From: Octopus sinensis
Taxonomy: Eukaryota
Length of the DNA stretch: 64,000 nt
Direction: 5' to 3'
Assembly: GCF_006345805.1 (NCBI RefSeq)
Contig: NC_042997.1
Coordinates: forward strand, 191,952,001-192,016,000
This document shows, piece after piece, positions 52,028-64,000 of the stretch (the stretch's first letter is position 1; every line of letters starts with the position of its first letter). The notes under the pieces were generated by a model, which did not search any database, was not told the DNA's origin, and saw only the letters and a list, made by a program, of their open reading frames with translations. A program made the translations under genes and the position numbers.

Positions 52028-52249
52028 CGTTTTGGTGTCAGAATTTGTGTGCGAATGTATTTATGAGTATACTCGAACTTTCGAACTTTGTATATATAAT
52101 ATCGGTGGGAGAGAGAGTCACCATTGTCCCAGAATGAGGTGGTCTTCATTGTCGCCATGATCTTTGGCATAAGATTATTATGGGTAAAGTCGATTGTGTG
52201 TGTTGTAAATAGGAAGAAAACATGCGATATTTTATAATATATATTTATA

Positions 52250-52660
52250 GGAGCTGGAGTGGCTGTGTGGTAAGTAGCTTGTTTACCCCAACCACATGGT
52301 TCCGGGTTCAGTCCCACTATGTGACACCTTGGGCAAGTGTTTACTACTATAGCCTCGGGCCGACCAAAGCCTTGTGAGCGGATTTGGTAGACGGAAACTG
52401 AAAGAAGCCTGTCGTATATATGTGTGTGTGTGTGTGTTTGTGTTTGTGTGTCTGTGTTTGTCCCCCCCCCCCAACATTACTTGACAACCGGTGCTGGTGT
52501 GTTTACGTCCCCGTCACTTAGCGGTTCGGCAAAAGAGACCGATAGAATAAGTACTAGGCTTACAAAGAATAAATCATGAGGTCGATTTGCTCGACTAAAT
52601 GCGGTGCTCCAGCATGGCCGCAGTCACATGACTGAAACAAGTTAAAGAGTAAAAGAGCAT
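52250..52660 (+). mobile_element. SINE family B, full length
   Basis: Homology to other B copies. Confidence 0.85.
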
Positions 52661-52756
52661 CTCTTTAACGAAAGACTGAAAATATATCGGGACATGAATT
52701 TTCTGAGAGAGACTTATGATATAGAGATAGTCTTTTATAGTATCTAAATTCAACAG

Positions 52757-53015
52757 TGTGGAGGCGCGTGGCTTAGTGGTTAGGGTGTCAGCACCATGAT
52801 CGTAAGATTGTAGTTTCGATTCCTGGACCGGGCGACGCGTTGTGTTCTTGAGCAAAACACTTCATTTCACGTTGCTCCAGTCCACTCAGCTGGCAAAAAT
52901 GAGTGACGCTGCGACGGACTGGCGTCTCGTACAGCTGGGGAACACATACGCCATAGAAACCGGGAAACCGGGCCCATGAGCCTGGTTAGGCTTTAAAAAG
53001 TGCGCATTTATTTTT
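52757..53015 (+). mobile_element. SINE family C
   Basis: Homology to 12893-13178. Confidence 0.9.
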
Positions 53016-53494
53016 TTATTTTAAATTCAACAGTCATTAATGTCTTACTCGAGTTGGTCTTGAATGAAATTTAAATGTGAGTTCATCCAACTCTACTCAC
53101 ATTTCTGGCTTGTTTGTGGCGAGAAGTGAGAAGCGTGTTTCGTGGCTGCTCTCAACTTCTGCCAAGATTATTTAGCGATAAACTGCTTATAACTTGAGCA
53201 AATGGCACGAGTTTCAAGGACAATTGTATTGATGTTCTGAGTTTGTGGCGTGGTCTTCTGCAAGCCGATTGGTCAAAATTGCCTGCTTCAGTTGCAATTC
53301 GCTCATGGCACTAGCTTGATAACTAAGAGAATGGGGTCTGAATCCTAGGTCTCGCTACGTAGTGGACAATGGAAAACAGACTGCACGGATTGGAAATGAA
53401 GGGAAGGCACTGACTGTCTATGTTTACTTATGAGCAATATGTAGAGCTATGAGTGTGTACGTATGTGTGTGCGTGCGTGTGTGTGTGTGCGTAT

Positions 53495-53530
<36 letters not shown>

Positions 53531-53560
53531 AAGAGAGAGAGAGAAAGTGTATGTGTGTAT

Positions 53561-53718
53561 CAGGGGTGGACTGAGCCGTTGGTCAATCGAGCACTGCCCG
53601 AGGGCCCTGAGCTCTGAGGGACCCGCACTCTACATGTTACCTTTACTAAAACACACATTCAAAGGGGCCCGGTAAACAATTATGCCCGTGGGCTCTTAAT
53701 ACTCTCAGTCTGCCCCTG
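53561..53718. mobile_element. hAT-like MITE
   Basis: TIR CAGGGGTGGACTGAG / CTCAGTCTGCCCCTG (13/15). TSD GTGTGTAT / GTATGTAT. Confidence 0.75.
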
Positions 53719-53769
53719 GTATGTATACTAACTTATGTGCAGTACGCATAGCAATGTGTGTGTGTATGA

Positions 53770-54007
53770 CACCGCCAGAAAATGTTACGGTAGAAATTGT
53801 ATTCACCTCAATAGACGCCATTGATTGGTTGAAATTGCCAAAATGCAAGAAATTAAACAACAAATAGCTTACAAACTACAGAATTTTCTCATGAAAGCCA
53901 AGAAAAAAAAGATGTTTTATAAACACATTCTACCAGTATACGAAGTTTAAAAGTGTTTAGTTACAAAGAAAATATTTTTAAATCTGCCGGTCAAAGTGAA
54001 AAGATCC
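53770..54007. mobile_element. Partial copy of the GGATC-ended MITE (one TIR)
   Basis: Ends ...ggtcaaagtgaaaagatcc. Core matches 19366-19664 in reverse. Confidence 0.75.
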
Positions 54008-55208
54008 GAGTTAACATGTACAGTGCGGTTCCCTCATTCAATGTGCCATTCCTTCCTTTTAAAGGCAGCTGGCTGTTACTTGAAGGAGAGTAAGCTACGA
54101 TTTCTAATAGGTTGTGCAACCACATAGAAGCTCAGTGATGTTACTGGTGAATTGAATGGTGGTGGTGGTGATGATGATGATGATGCCGAAGATAAAGATG
54201 ATGATGATGATAAAACAGCGCTGTTTGCCTACCTAAGCTAACTACCAAAGTGCTTTTCAGTTGCTGCATTTTTGAAAGTACATCGCCTCTAGTTTGGAAT
54301 ATAATATTCTGGAGCAGGCGATGTGGTGCTATTATAATTTACTTTCGAGGTTTAAGATTTCCATATGCTTACTGGATTCCATTTTTGGGAATCGTAATTT
54401 GTTATCTGACCTGGCACTTCAACAAACAAGCTAAACTATTTGAATGCTGCAGCAATGTCGTTCCTTAGATTAGCATTAAAAATACTTTACATAAGTAGAG
54501 TAACAAACGTTGAAGTTTTTATAGATAGGTCCTCCTTCCGTCAATGTTGATCATGATACCTGTGGAGGCACATGGCCTAGTGGCTACAGCAGCGGACTCG
54601 CGGTCAAGGGATCGCGGGTTCGAATCTCAGACCAGGCGATGCGTGTGTTTATGAGCGAAACACCTAAGCTTCACGCGGCTCTGGCGAACTTCTGCTGACC
54701 TTTTGGCCACAACTTAAAAGAGAATGCTGGCTTTTTGTGTGTATATTAATTAACGATTTTTAAAATAGGTACAAAATCAGGCATTTTGGATTTATAGTTA
54801 GTAATATTAACTCCAGTACTTGACTGGTATTTATTTTATTGTTTTAAAGTGCAACTAAAAAGTGCCAAGCATTTTGTTGGATGTTAGTCAACTCTGCAAA
54901 TCTACGGCCCTTGTAATTATACCATAATAAAGAATGCTGCTTATTAATATAATTGGGAGTATGCAACGTTTACAAAATGAAAGCGATTATTAAAGTCTAC
55001 ACTATTTAGAAAATTCTTAAAAATTCTAAATTTAGTATTTTTTTTTTCAAAATGCTGTTTTCAAGTTTCCTTTATTATTGAAGATTTCAACTACAGAAAA
55101 CTAATTTTAATTCACGACAAGATAGCATTTTTTTAACACTACACAATAGCGTTCCCCCTTTGTCTTCTCTCTCAATATGTCTGTCTGTCTCTTTGCCTCT
55201 CTGTCTGC

Positions 55209-55247
<39 letters not shown>

Positions 55248-55251
55248 GCTC

Positions 55252-55290
<39 letters not shown>

Positions 55291-55795
55291 CTTCATGGCG
55301 CTATAATCTACAGGCATAACAGTCAAAACATTTCTCCAGATTATATGTTTAATTATGTTGTTCCAGTATCCCTCCATATTTAACTTACATCACTTGTACC
55401 AAATACAAACTTGCAATCACAGTGATTGAACAAAACCTCACAACTTTCTCAATTAGTCCAGTGTAGAGACACCCGTAATTGGCCAGTAGTAATAAAGAGA
55501 TTCATGGAAAAATAATCAATTATTATAATGCTAAAAGTGATGGTATAACTGTTCACGCTCTAATATGGAAACATGCTTACGATCTTGATGAATGAACGAC
55601 ATGTGTGAGAGAAGAGAGTTATGAATGAAAAAATACGAAGCGGAATATAGATTTTAGACTTGATGAAATAATTTTGCTTTAATTTCCAATTTGGTTCAAG
55701 TTGATACAAACTTTGTAAGCCTACTAATTCTCGACTTATTTCTACTTTTAGAATATCTTTAAGAATTAACAAACTGTCGATTTTTCTTCTCGCAG

Positions 55796-55911
55796 AGAAA
55801 CGCTGAAAAAGAAAAAGAGGCTTTGGACTGGATTGAAGCCATTCTTGGAGAACCGATTGATCGGAAGAAACCATTTGAAGAAGTTCTTAAAAATGGTATT
55901 ATTCTTTGCAA
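55796..55911 (+). CDS. Mp20: Mp20/myophilin-like gene, coding exon 2 (start of the calponin-homology domain)
   Basis: tttttcttctcgcag|AGA...TGC AA|gtaagt. RNAEKEKEALDWIEAILGEPIDRKKPFEEVLKNGIILC. Confidence 0.93.
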
Positions 55912-56265
55912 GTAAGTGTACTTAAAACTGTTGGCGCTATTTGAGTTTTCATAATTGTTTTAGTCCCAAGTAGTCGTCAGTGTTTTGGTCTCAAAATATT
56001 ATCGTCTGCTTTTATGGATTTGTTATCTTGAGTAAATAGAGCGGCACTCCTCTCGACGCTTCATTAAAATTCAGTGAAAGAGTTCCTTGCCTCGAAGGAC
56101 AATAACTGGTATCAGGATGGGATCAAAGAACTGGCAGAAGCGTGGTTTCAGACATTGCAACACGATGGCCTCTACTTTGAATATTAGGCTGCTTTTGTTC
56201 AATGTTGTTGAATAAAGCAAATAAGTTAACAAAATATTGCAAAACTTTTGACTCAGCACAATATA

Positions 56266-56318
<53 letters not shown>

Positions 56319-56353
56319 TGTGTGTGTGTGTATGCATGCATATATGTGTGTGT

Positions 56354-57540
56354 GGTGGCGTGCTGGCAGAAACGTTAGCGCGCCGGGCGAAACCCGGAAA
56401 ATAAAGTATTATTTATTGTTATTGAAGACAGTCGGATTTTGGTTCTCTCTTCGACAATTGTATGTGACAAGATAAGACAGACACCTCTCAAGTGTTCCTG
56501 AGACCTTCATCTTGTTACAGCGGTATTTCGTCTGTCGTTACGTTCCGAGTTCAAATTCCGCCGAGGTCGACTTTGCCTTTCATCCTTTCGGGGTCGATAA
56601 ATAAAGTACCAATTTCGCACTTGGGGTCGATCTCATCGACTTAATCCGTTTGTCTGTCCTTGCTTGTCCCCTCTATGTTTAGCCCCATGTGGTCACACAC
56701 ACACACATACACACACCACATGCACGGAACTCTATATAACAACAGGTGTTTTATTTTTATCAAAGAAAAAGGGAGATAATTTACTACTACCCTTATAACT
56801 AAAAGGGCTGCTGGATAGTAAGAGCCTTTTTTTTGTTGAAATATAAATATAGGCAATGTCTAACGAAGCAAATAGTATGACTAAATACGGTTAAGTTCTA
56901 TACATCTTTTTCGATGAAATCGAACTCTAAATAATATTGAATGCTTCAATTTTCGTCCATTCTAACATCATATCTATGTATTCATGTGTCAAAAAAGTAT
57001 ACAGTAATATAGATCCATTACAGCCGATCTCACCAATCTGTTTCGCACCGGATATTGCGTAACTTGACAGTTATATTCGGTGCGAAAGTGACTTTAAGAT
57101 CGGTTATAATGGATTTACAATTTTTCTTTACTATCCACAAGGGGCTAAACACAGAGGGGACAAACAAGGACAGACACACGGATTAAGTCGATTACATCGA
57201 CCCCAGTGCGTAACTGGTACTTATTTAATCGACCCCCGAAAGGATGAAAGGCAAAGTCGACCTCGGCGGAATTTGAAGTCAGAACGTAGCGGCAGACGAA
57301 ATACCTATTTCTTTACTACCCACAAGGGGCTAAACACAGAGGGGACAAACAAGGACAGACACACGGATTAAGTCAATTACATCGACTCCAGTGCATAACT
57401 GGTACTTATTTAATCGACCCCGAAAGGATGAAAGGCAAAGTCGACCTCGGCGGAATTTGAACTCAGAACGTAACGGCAGACGAAATACCGCTAAGCATTT
57501 CGTCCGGAGTGCTAACATTTCTGCCAACTCGCCGCCTTAA
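56354..57540. mobile_element. Two convergent SINE family A copies in intron 2: 56354-56693 (+, interrupted) and 57128-57540 (-, two units)
   Basis: Homology to other A copies. Confidence 0.8.
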
Positions 57541-57559
57541 CATAATGGCTTTACAATAC

Positions 57560-57617
<58 letters not shown>

Positions 57618-57853
57618 AATGAAACATCTTTATTTAGAGGTGGTTGGTCGTCTGTTAACGAGTTGTTGAAGTGTCTAGTCTAATGGCTTCAAATTGCTTC
57701 GTCAGCTATCAAAGAGGCTTATTGAGTTTAATATTTTTAAGATTTTACTTAAAAATTTTACTCTTCGTCGCTTAAGAAGACAAAAGCAAATCATAACGAA
57801 CTTTCCCAAATAAAATGATTGTATCTGTTGGTTTATTATTATTCTTTTCTCAG

Positions 57854-58058
57854 TTTCATCAACAAACTTCTGCCTGGATCAGTGAAAAAGATTGAGAAGA
57901 GTGGCACTGGCTTTGTTTTGATGCAGAATTTAGAACGCTTCCAAGGAGCACTGAAGAAATACGGTGTCCCTGAAACTGAAGTATTCCAAACTGTCGATTT
58001 ATATGAAAGGAAAAATATTCCACAAGTAGTTTTGTGCATTTACGCCATTGGAAGAGTG
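57854..58058 (+). CDS. Mp20: Mp20/myophilin-like gene, coding exon 3
   Basis: cttttctcag|T TTC...GTG|gtaagt, phase-compatible with exon 2. (N)FINKLLPGSVKKI...FVLMQNLERFQGALKKYGVPETEVFQTVDLYERKNIPQVVLCIYAIGRV. Confidence 0.95.
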
Positions 58059-58839
58059 GTAAGTGGAGTAATTTTGAAAAACTTTAATCGTACATAACTC
58101 GAAGACATTAATTTTAATATTTACTGTTGGATAAAATCTAAAGAGTTTATTTTTTAATGATATTTTTTGCATATAAGTAATTATATCTGGTGACTGTCGC
58201 ATAATTTTTAACATCATCTGTATGGCGATGATATGTATGCATATAATGAACAAGAATATGTATATTTTAACCTATGCTTACTCATCTCGCTCTCCCCCCT
58301 CTCTCTATATCTATCTATCTATCTCTCTTTCTTTGTCTCTGAAAATCCTCATCGTTCCATTGAGAAACGTTTTCAAGGTTTCTTCATCGATGTTAGTGAT
58401 GTTTCTGTTTTATTTATTTATTTATTGGCTTTTTCACGGTTGGTGCTGGCTGATGTTTAAGTTGAATCGTTGATTGCAAAATTGGCATTGAAAATGCAAG
58501 GATGATTTTTGACTCAGAGATAGATGTCAAGCCCTTTAAAATTTTCTGGTTCTTTTTTTTCCATCTCATTGTTATCGAATACCGTCTGCAGCTATGGCTC
58601 CCCCCACCCCGCATGTCCGCCAACATTTATGGTGGTATTCAGTTACTTCTTCCCAGGTATAGAAGAAGAGGATGATGTTCTCGATGGAATCGTGAAATCG
58701 TTGATTATGAATAATGAAGCTTTAGATTCTGTTCTTGCCAGAATATCGTTGTTTGTGACATAGTCATCTCGTTCGATGTTCAGGATCGATCGTAGTTTTG
58801 CTTGTTGAAATCTCTGATCTTTTGTCTTTCTTCTTTTAC

Positions 58840-59190
58840 TTGTTACAGTCACTGGACTGCGGCCATGCTAAGGCACCACCTTGGTGGGTTATAATCAAAG
58901 AAATTGGCCACAGTAATCACTGTTTTTTTTTAAACTTTGGTGCTTATTCTATTGATCTTTTTTGCCGAACTGATAAATTACAAGGATGTAAATAAGCCAA
59001 TACCGGTTGTCAAGTGATGGGGTGGGAAAAACACACACACATAAATACAACGGGTTTCCACATAGCTTCAATCTACCAAATTCCCTCACAAGGTATTGCT
59101 CGGCCCCGGGCTTATAGTAGAAGAGGACATTTGCACAAGGTGTTCCATCGGGACTGAACCCAAGATCATGTGGTTGCAAAGCCATACCTT
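58840..59190 (-). mobile_element. Diverged SINE family B in intron 3
   Basis: Homology to other B copies. Confidence 0.65.
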
Positions 59191-59279
59191 TGTCAATATG
59201 TTGATTAAGTATCACAGCTATTTGGCAATGAGGAAAACTCAACAGCTTGAAACACTTAAACATCAGTTTTAAGTTTCAG

Positions 59280-59900
59280 GGTTAAGGTTGTGAAAATATG
59301 GCAGGAAATGTACCGAAAGGCTTTTGTGGATTACTTGTGGCCGGTTGGTGATGGCATCTTCCAGAGACTAGAAGTTGGAAAAGATGCTGCTGAAATAAGT
59401 GAAGATTGATGCTTCTTTGCTTAGATTGCTTGGAGAGTATGGAAAGATCGACAAGAGAGTTATCAGAGGTGGTTGGTCGTCTGTTAGTGAGTTGTTGAAT
59501 TGTTTAGTCTAACGGCTTCAAATTGCTTCGTCAGCTATCAAAATATTGCCGCCTTCAGGTTTCATTAGTGTTGATATTGTCTTAAGCGGTCTGCGGCATG
59601 AATAGTCGGGTATAATAATGGTCAACATATTTTTGGGTTTCGTTTATCTTGACTTGCTACGAGTCATTTTGAACTCTACAGATTTGCGCTTCAACATCCG
59701 CTTTGAGACGTCGATATTGTCTTCCATGCTTTCGGATCGAGATGTGTTTTCCAGAGCAAGTGTTGCTTGCAGATTTTAGTGTCATCCTTATCGAAATACA
59801 TTTTAATATGTGCAACTTGAGAATCCTTTTTTCCTCTGCATATTTCTCATGAAACTCAGACTATAAGCACCCACAATACAGAAGGATTTGCGTATCGTGT
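59280..59900 (-). pseudogene. Highly degenerate RTE-like LINE linker relic in intron 3
   Basis: Weak manual translation, e.g. ILIADEAI*SR*TKQFNNSL resembling the I..RW.E.F..LL motif. Confidence 0.35.
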
Positions 59901-60028
59901 TAGACAGGATTGAGTGTGGACAAGAAGAAACACAAGAGTGAATGATTGAATGATAGTGGAACTGAATCAGTCAAATCATTCAAGTATTTTCAAACTTATA
60001 TTTCATTTTTTTTTTATTTACTTTTCAG

Positions 60029-60214
60029 GCTCAAACAAAACCAGATTTCAACGGACCTATCCTTGGTCCAAAGATGGCAGAAGAGAACAAACGAGAGTTC
60101 ACCCAGGAACAGTTAGAGGCCGGTAAAAATGTTGTCAGTCTCCAGTATGGAAGCAACCAAGGTGCAAGCCAGGCTGGATTGAGCATGGGCAAACAAAGAA
60201 TGATCGCCGATTAA
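60029..60214 (+). CDS. Mp20: Mp20/myophilin-like gene, coding exon 4 (calponin-like repeat and stop)
   Basis: cttttcag|GCT...[67 protein letters not shown]. Confidence 0.95.
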   Translation, partial: AQTKPDFNGPILGPKMAEENKREFTQEQLEAGKNVVSLQYGSNQGASQAGLSMGKQRMIAD

Positions 60215-60537
60215 ATTATTTCTGCATCATTTTTTTTTAATAGTAAAAAACTCTTGTTTCAATGCTAAATGATAGCAAATCTTAGCTAACAGTATTCAAA
60301 AAGAGAGAAAAAACATGGGAGGTGGTTAAAAGTCTAAATTTACTGAATAATTTCGAGTAAATTTCTCATTTTTTTTTTGCCTTAATTTTTTTAATGCATT
60401 TAATTAGAAGAAAAATATATATACTCCTCATCTGACAACCAACAATCACTTATTTATTTTTTAAAATTAATTTTTTTCTCTTTGGTTGCATTCTTTGTAG
60501 TTATCAAATCAACAAAGAAAAATGTCCAAAGTTATAT

Positions 60538-60600
60538 AATAAAATATATACAAAAACGACAAGCGTTTATATGTTATTTGTGACTATTAACGTCAATAAA
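60538..60600 (+). terminator. Candidate polyadenylation signals AATAAA (60538-43 and 60595-600)
   Basis: Canonical hexamers 320-390 nt after the stop codon in an AU-rich 3' UTR. Confidence 0.5.
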
Positions 60601-60664
60601 ATAAAAACAAAAGAAAATGTGTGTGTGCGCGCGCTACCAAATAGTTAGAAGAGAATCTAGATGA

Positions 60665-60881
60665 TACTCTCTTTTATTTGTTTCAGTCATTTGACTGCGG
60701 TCATGCTGGAGCACCGCCTTTAGTCAAGCAAATCTACCCCAGGACTTATTCTTTGAAAGCCTAGTACTTATTCTATCGGTCTCTTTTGCCGAACCGCTAA
60801 GATACGGGTACGTAAACACACCAGCATCGGTTGTCAAGCGATGCTGGTGGGACAAACACAGACACACAAACATATACACAC

Positions 60882-60912
<31 letters not shown>

Positions 60913-61040
60913 CGACGGGCTTCTTTCAGTTTCCGTCTACCAAATTCACTAACAAGGCTTTGGTTGGCGCGAGGGAATAAACCCGGAACCATGTGGTTGG
61001 TAAGAAAGCTACTTACCACACAGCCACTCCTGCGCCTATA
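60665..61040 (-). mobile_element. SINE family B
   Basis: Homology to other B copies. Confidence 0.85.
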
Positions 61041-61084
61041 GTTTTTTTTTTTAGTGAGACCAGAAGCAGAAAGGAAGAGGTTTG

Positions 61085-61480
61085 CCAATATTCTTCAGCG
61101 TGCGAGCTGGGCAAAATGCTTATCGGTATTTCGTCTGCCGCTACGTTCTGAGTTCAAATTCTGCCAAGGTCGACTTTGCCTTTCATCCTTTCGGGATCGA
61201 TTAAATAAGTACCAGTTGCGCACTGGGGTCGATATAATCAACTTAATCCCTTTGTCTGTCCTTCTTTGTCCTCTCTGTATTTAGCCCCTTGTGGGTAGTA
61301 AAGAAATAGGTATTTCGTCCGTCTATACGTTCTGAGTTCAAATTCCGCAGAGGACTTTGCCTTTCATCTTTTCAAGGTCGATAAATTAAGTACCAGTAGC
61401 GTACTTGGGTCGATCTAATCGACTGGCCCCCTCCCCTAAAATTTCGGGCTTTGTGCCTGAGTAGAAAAGAATGTTCTTCA
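61085..61480 (+). mobile_element. SINE family A, one unit plus a variant-tail unit
   Basis: Homology to other A copies. Confidence 0.8.
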
Positions 61481-61589
61481 GCGTGAGGACAAAAAGCATG
61501 AAGTTTTCCGAATTGCAAAAGAGTCTATCAAAGAAAACAGATGTGTTCAAGAAGTGTGTATGACTGGATAATGGCACATTTGCATTTAG

Positions 61590-63170
61590 CAATTCTGAAA
61601 AGAGGCGTGGACGTGCTGCTATGAAAGGTTACTAAACGTGAAGAATGCATGGGAGAAATGTCTTCCAACCATAGACCCAATGAAAGGACTAGTTATTCTA
61701 GATAACAGCACTGTGATAGACAAAACAATTAAGGATATGAAGACAGGGAAAGCTTCTGATCAATCAGGAATTACCGCTGAGAGGCTTAAAATATGTGGCG
61801 GAGTGAGATACAGCCTGGTCAATGATGCAGTTATTTGGTTGTACTGGAAGGCATTATAGTCAACGACTGGTGTATGGTGTAGCAGCAATATAGTCAACTG
61901 TTTCAAGATGCTTTAAATAGGACAACTTACAGAGAGATCCTGTTGGAGCAGGTCACGAAGTTACTGAAAGGATTATAGCTCAACTAATTAGGAACAGAAT
62001 TAGACTAGATGATATTCAGTTATGCAGTTTAGCATTGTGCCAGGGAGAGGTGTACTGAAGCTCTCTTTCTAGTAAGGCAACTGTTGAAATATTTCTCCAA
62101 AAGTAAAATTCATTACCTGGCTTTTGTCGACCAGGAGAAACCCTTCGACAAGGTCCATTGCTCTCTGATCTGGAGGCCGCTGCGGAAGTTAGACGAATGG
62201 CTGGTGAGAACCGTTCAAACCAACTACAAAGGAGCTGTCAGTAAGGTATGAGTCAGCAACGAGTACAGTAATGAATTCAGTGAACAGGTAGGAGTTCACT
62301 AGATCTCGGTTCTCAGTCTCCTATTTATCATTGCCCTCATGGCAATAACAGCGGAGTTTATGACTGGTTGCCCGTGAGAACTTCTCTATGTTAATGACCT
62401 AGTCCTTATAGCTGAATCTGTTTAGAATTAGAAAAGAAATTACAGGTGCAGAAGCCAAACCTTAAACGGCCTTAATGACTTAGCAAAGACCAAAGTTCTG
62501 ATAACCAGAAAAGCAAACAGGGTGCTAATCATTTCAGTAAATGGCCCTCTTCGTTATGCAGAAAAAGCGTAGGCATAAAATTTCATACTGTGTATCCAGT
62601 ATAAACTACAGACCCATAAGTGGTGCAGTGGAGTCTCAAGAAATTTAAGAAAGAAAGTAGACTTTGGGGTACATGCGTAGGAGCAACTCGCAATCAGAAC
62701 AAAGAGGAAATAGATTTTGTCGAATGCCCAGGTGGATCCTTAAAGGTAGAAGAGAGTTTTTGTTACCTTGGAGACCTAATTAACAGCGAAAGAGGATGCT
62801 CTGAAAGTATAGTTGCTAGAATAAGAACCGGCTGGAAAAGTTCTTTGCTAGTAAAAGGCTTCTATCTCCGAGTGAACGGTAAGACGTATAGTATTTGTGT
62901 ATGGCCTGCAATGCTACATAGTAGCAAGACATGGGCCCTGGATACAGAGAACCAGTAAAAATCAGAATTGAGCTAGTATGTTTCATTGGATATGCAACAG
63001 CAGTGATCCTTTGCGATAAGATGCAAATGCGTTGTGAGAAAAATTGGGTATGAGAAGAATCAGATATATTGTGCAAGAGATAAGACTACGCTGATATGAT
63101 TATGTGATCCATATGGAAAAGGACAGCTGCATAAACGATAGTAAACTGGCCATTGCTTGTCCGCGATGCG
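61590..63170 (+). pseudogene. Degenerate RTE-clade LINE reverse transcriptase
   Basis: Frameshifted IKDMKTGKASDQSGITAERLK, LAFVDQEKPFDKV, DEWLVRTVQT, LLY..DLVL.AE, FCYLGDLINSERGCSESIVARIRTGW. Confidence 0.8.
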
Positions 63171-63621
63171 CCCACCCATACCGAAAATCTATTCTCAATA
63201 CCGGAAACTCCTACAGGGCTCTGCCCCGCTTCTGTACCAGATGACTTGCATACCTTCCCTCCTTCTCCACCACCAACAATCGCCCACACTACTGCATGCA
63301 CCAAAAGGTGATGTTACTTAGGAAATTATTAGTAAATTAACAAACCACCTAGCTCTTTCTCCGTATACATAATGGACTAACCAACTGCAGATCATTTATA
63401 TGATTAATTTATGCATTGACCTACTTATATTTGCAGCTGTAACGCTTATATTTACAACGCTACTCACAACCAATAGGGACAATTTTAACATGTTTGAATG
63501 ATGGTAGGTTAAAGTGAGACCAACTGATGTGACATGTCTGTTACCAAACGATCACTGAAACCTTCTTTTCAGTGAAACCTTCTCTCCTCCCCATGTTCCC
63601 TCCCGCGCCCCTTACCCAGTT

Positions 63622-64000
63622 CTCAGGATTGCCACTGTCAATGTAGACACATTGAAAAGTAAGTCTAGTGAGATTGTTGAGCTGTTTGAACGGAGGCATG
63701 TTGATGTATGCTGCATCCAAGAAGTAAGGTGGAGAGGAGCTTCAGCCAGGTTCCTAACAGGCAAGAAGACACATAAGTATAAAATCTTTTGGGAAGGTAA
63801 CAGTAACAAGGTAGGCATACTTCTTGCAGAGAAATTGGTGGATAAGATCATAGAGGTAGTCAGAGTGAGCGATAGAGTGCTTAAGCTCAGGCTAGTCTTG
63901 CAGAATAGCATAGCATCAATTATCTCAGCCTATGTCCCACAAGCAGGCCTACCAAATAAACAAAAGGACCATTTTAATGATATTCTTCTACAGGCTACCT
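63622..64000 (+). mobile_element. RTE-clade LINE AP-endonuclease N-terminus, open frame running off the window
   Basis: LRIATVNVDTLKSKSSEIVELFERRHVDVCCIQEVRW...VGILLAEKLVDKIIEVVRVSDRVLKLRL...IISAYVPQAG, with no stop to the window end. Confidence 0.85.

Noticed and set aside
57819-58097. 92-aa ORF as a stand-alone CDS
   Set aside because: It is exon 3 plus intronic read-through on both sides; splice sites delimit 57854-58058.

Overview
AT-rich eukaryotic genomic DNA packed with microsatellites. The SINE and microsatellite landscape looks like an octopod cephalopod (inference from repeat recognition, not a search). One protein-coding gene is supported: a 4-exon Mp20/myophilin/transgelin-family gene on the + strand, with one calponin-homology domain and one calponin-like repeat (172 aa). 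Its first coding exon supplies only M-A-S-K (25290-25301) and is followed by a 30.5-kb intron. The rest is mobile-element material: several tRNA-derived SINE families (one with a variable-copy 184-bp tandem body), non-autonomous Helitrons, hAT-like and GG-ended MITEs, a maT-type transposase relic, CR1, RTE and R4/Dong-like LINE relics, and Penelope-like elements. The most notable signal lies at 8.8-18.2 kb. It holds five minimal type-I hammerhead ribozyme motifs from three element families (four with intact cores, one degenerate), all with palindromic helix III. Two of them sit at the ends of a 2.85-kb near-perfect palindrome built from a 5'-truncated Penelope-like element folded back on itself. 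No CRISPR, rRNA or bona fide tRNA gene was found.
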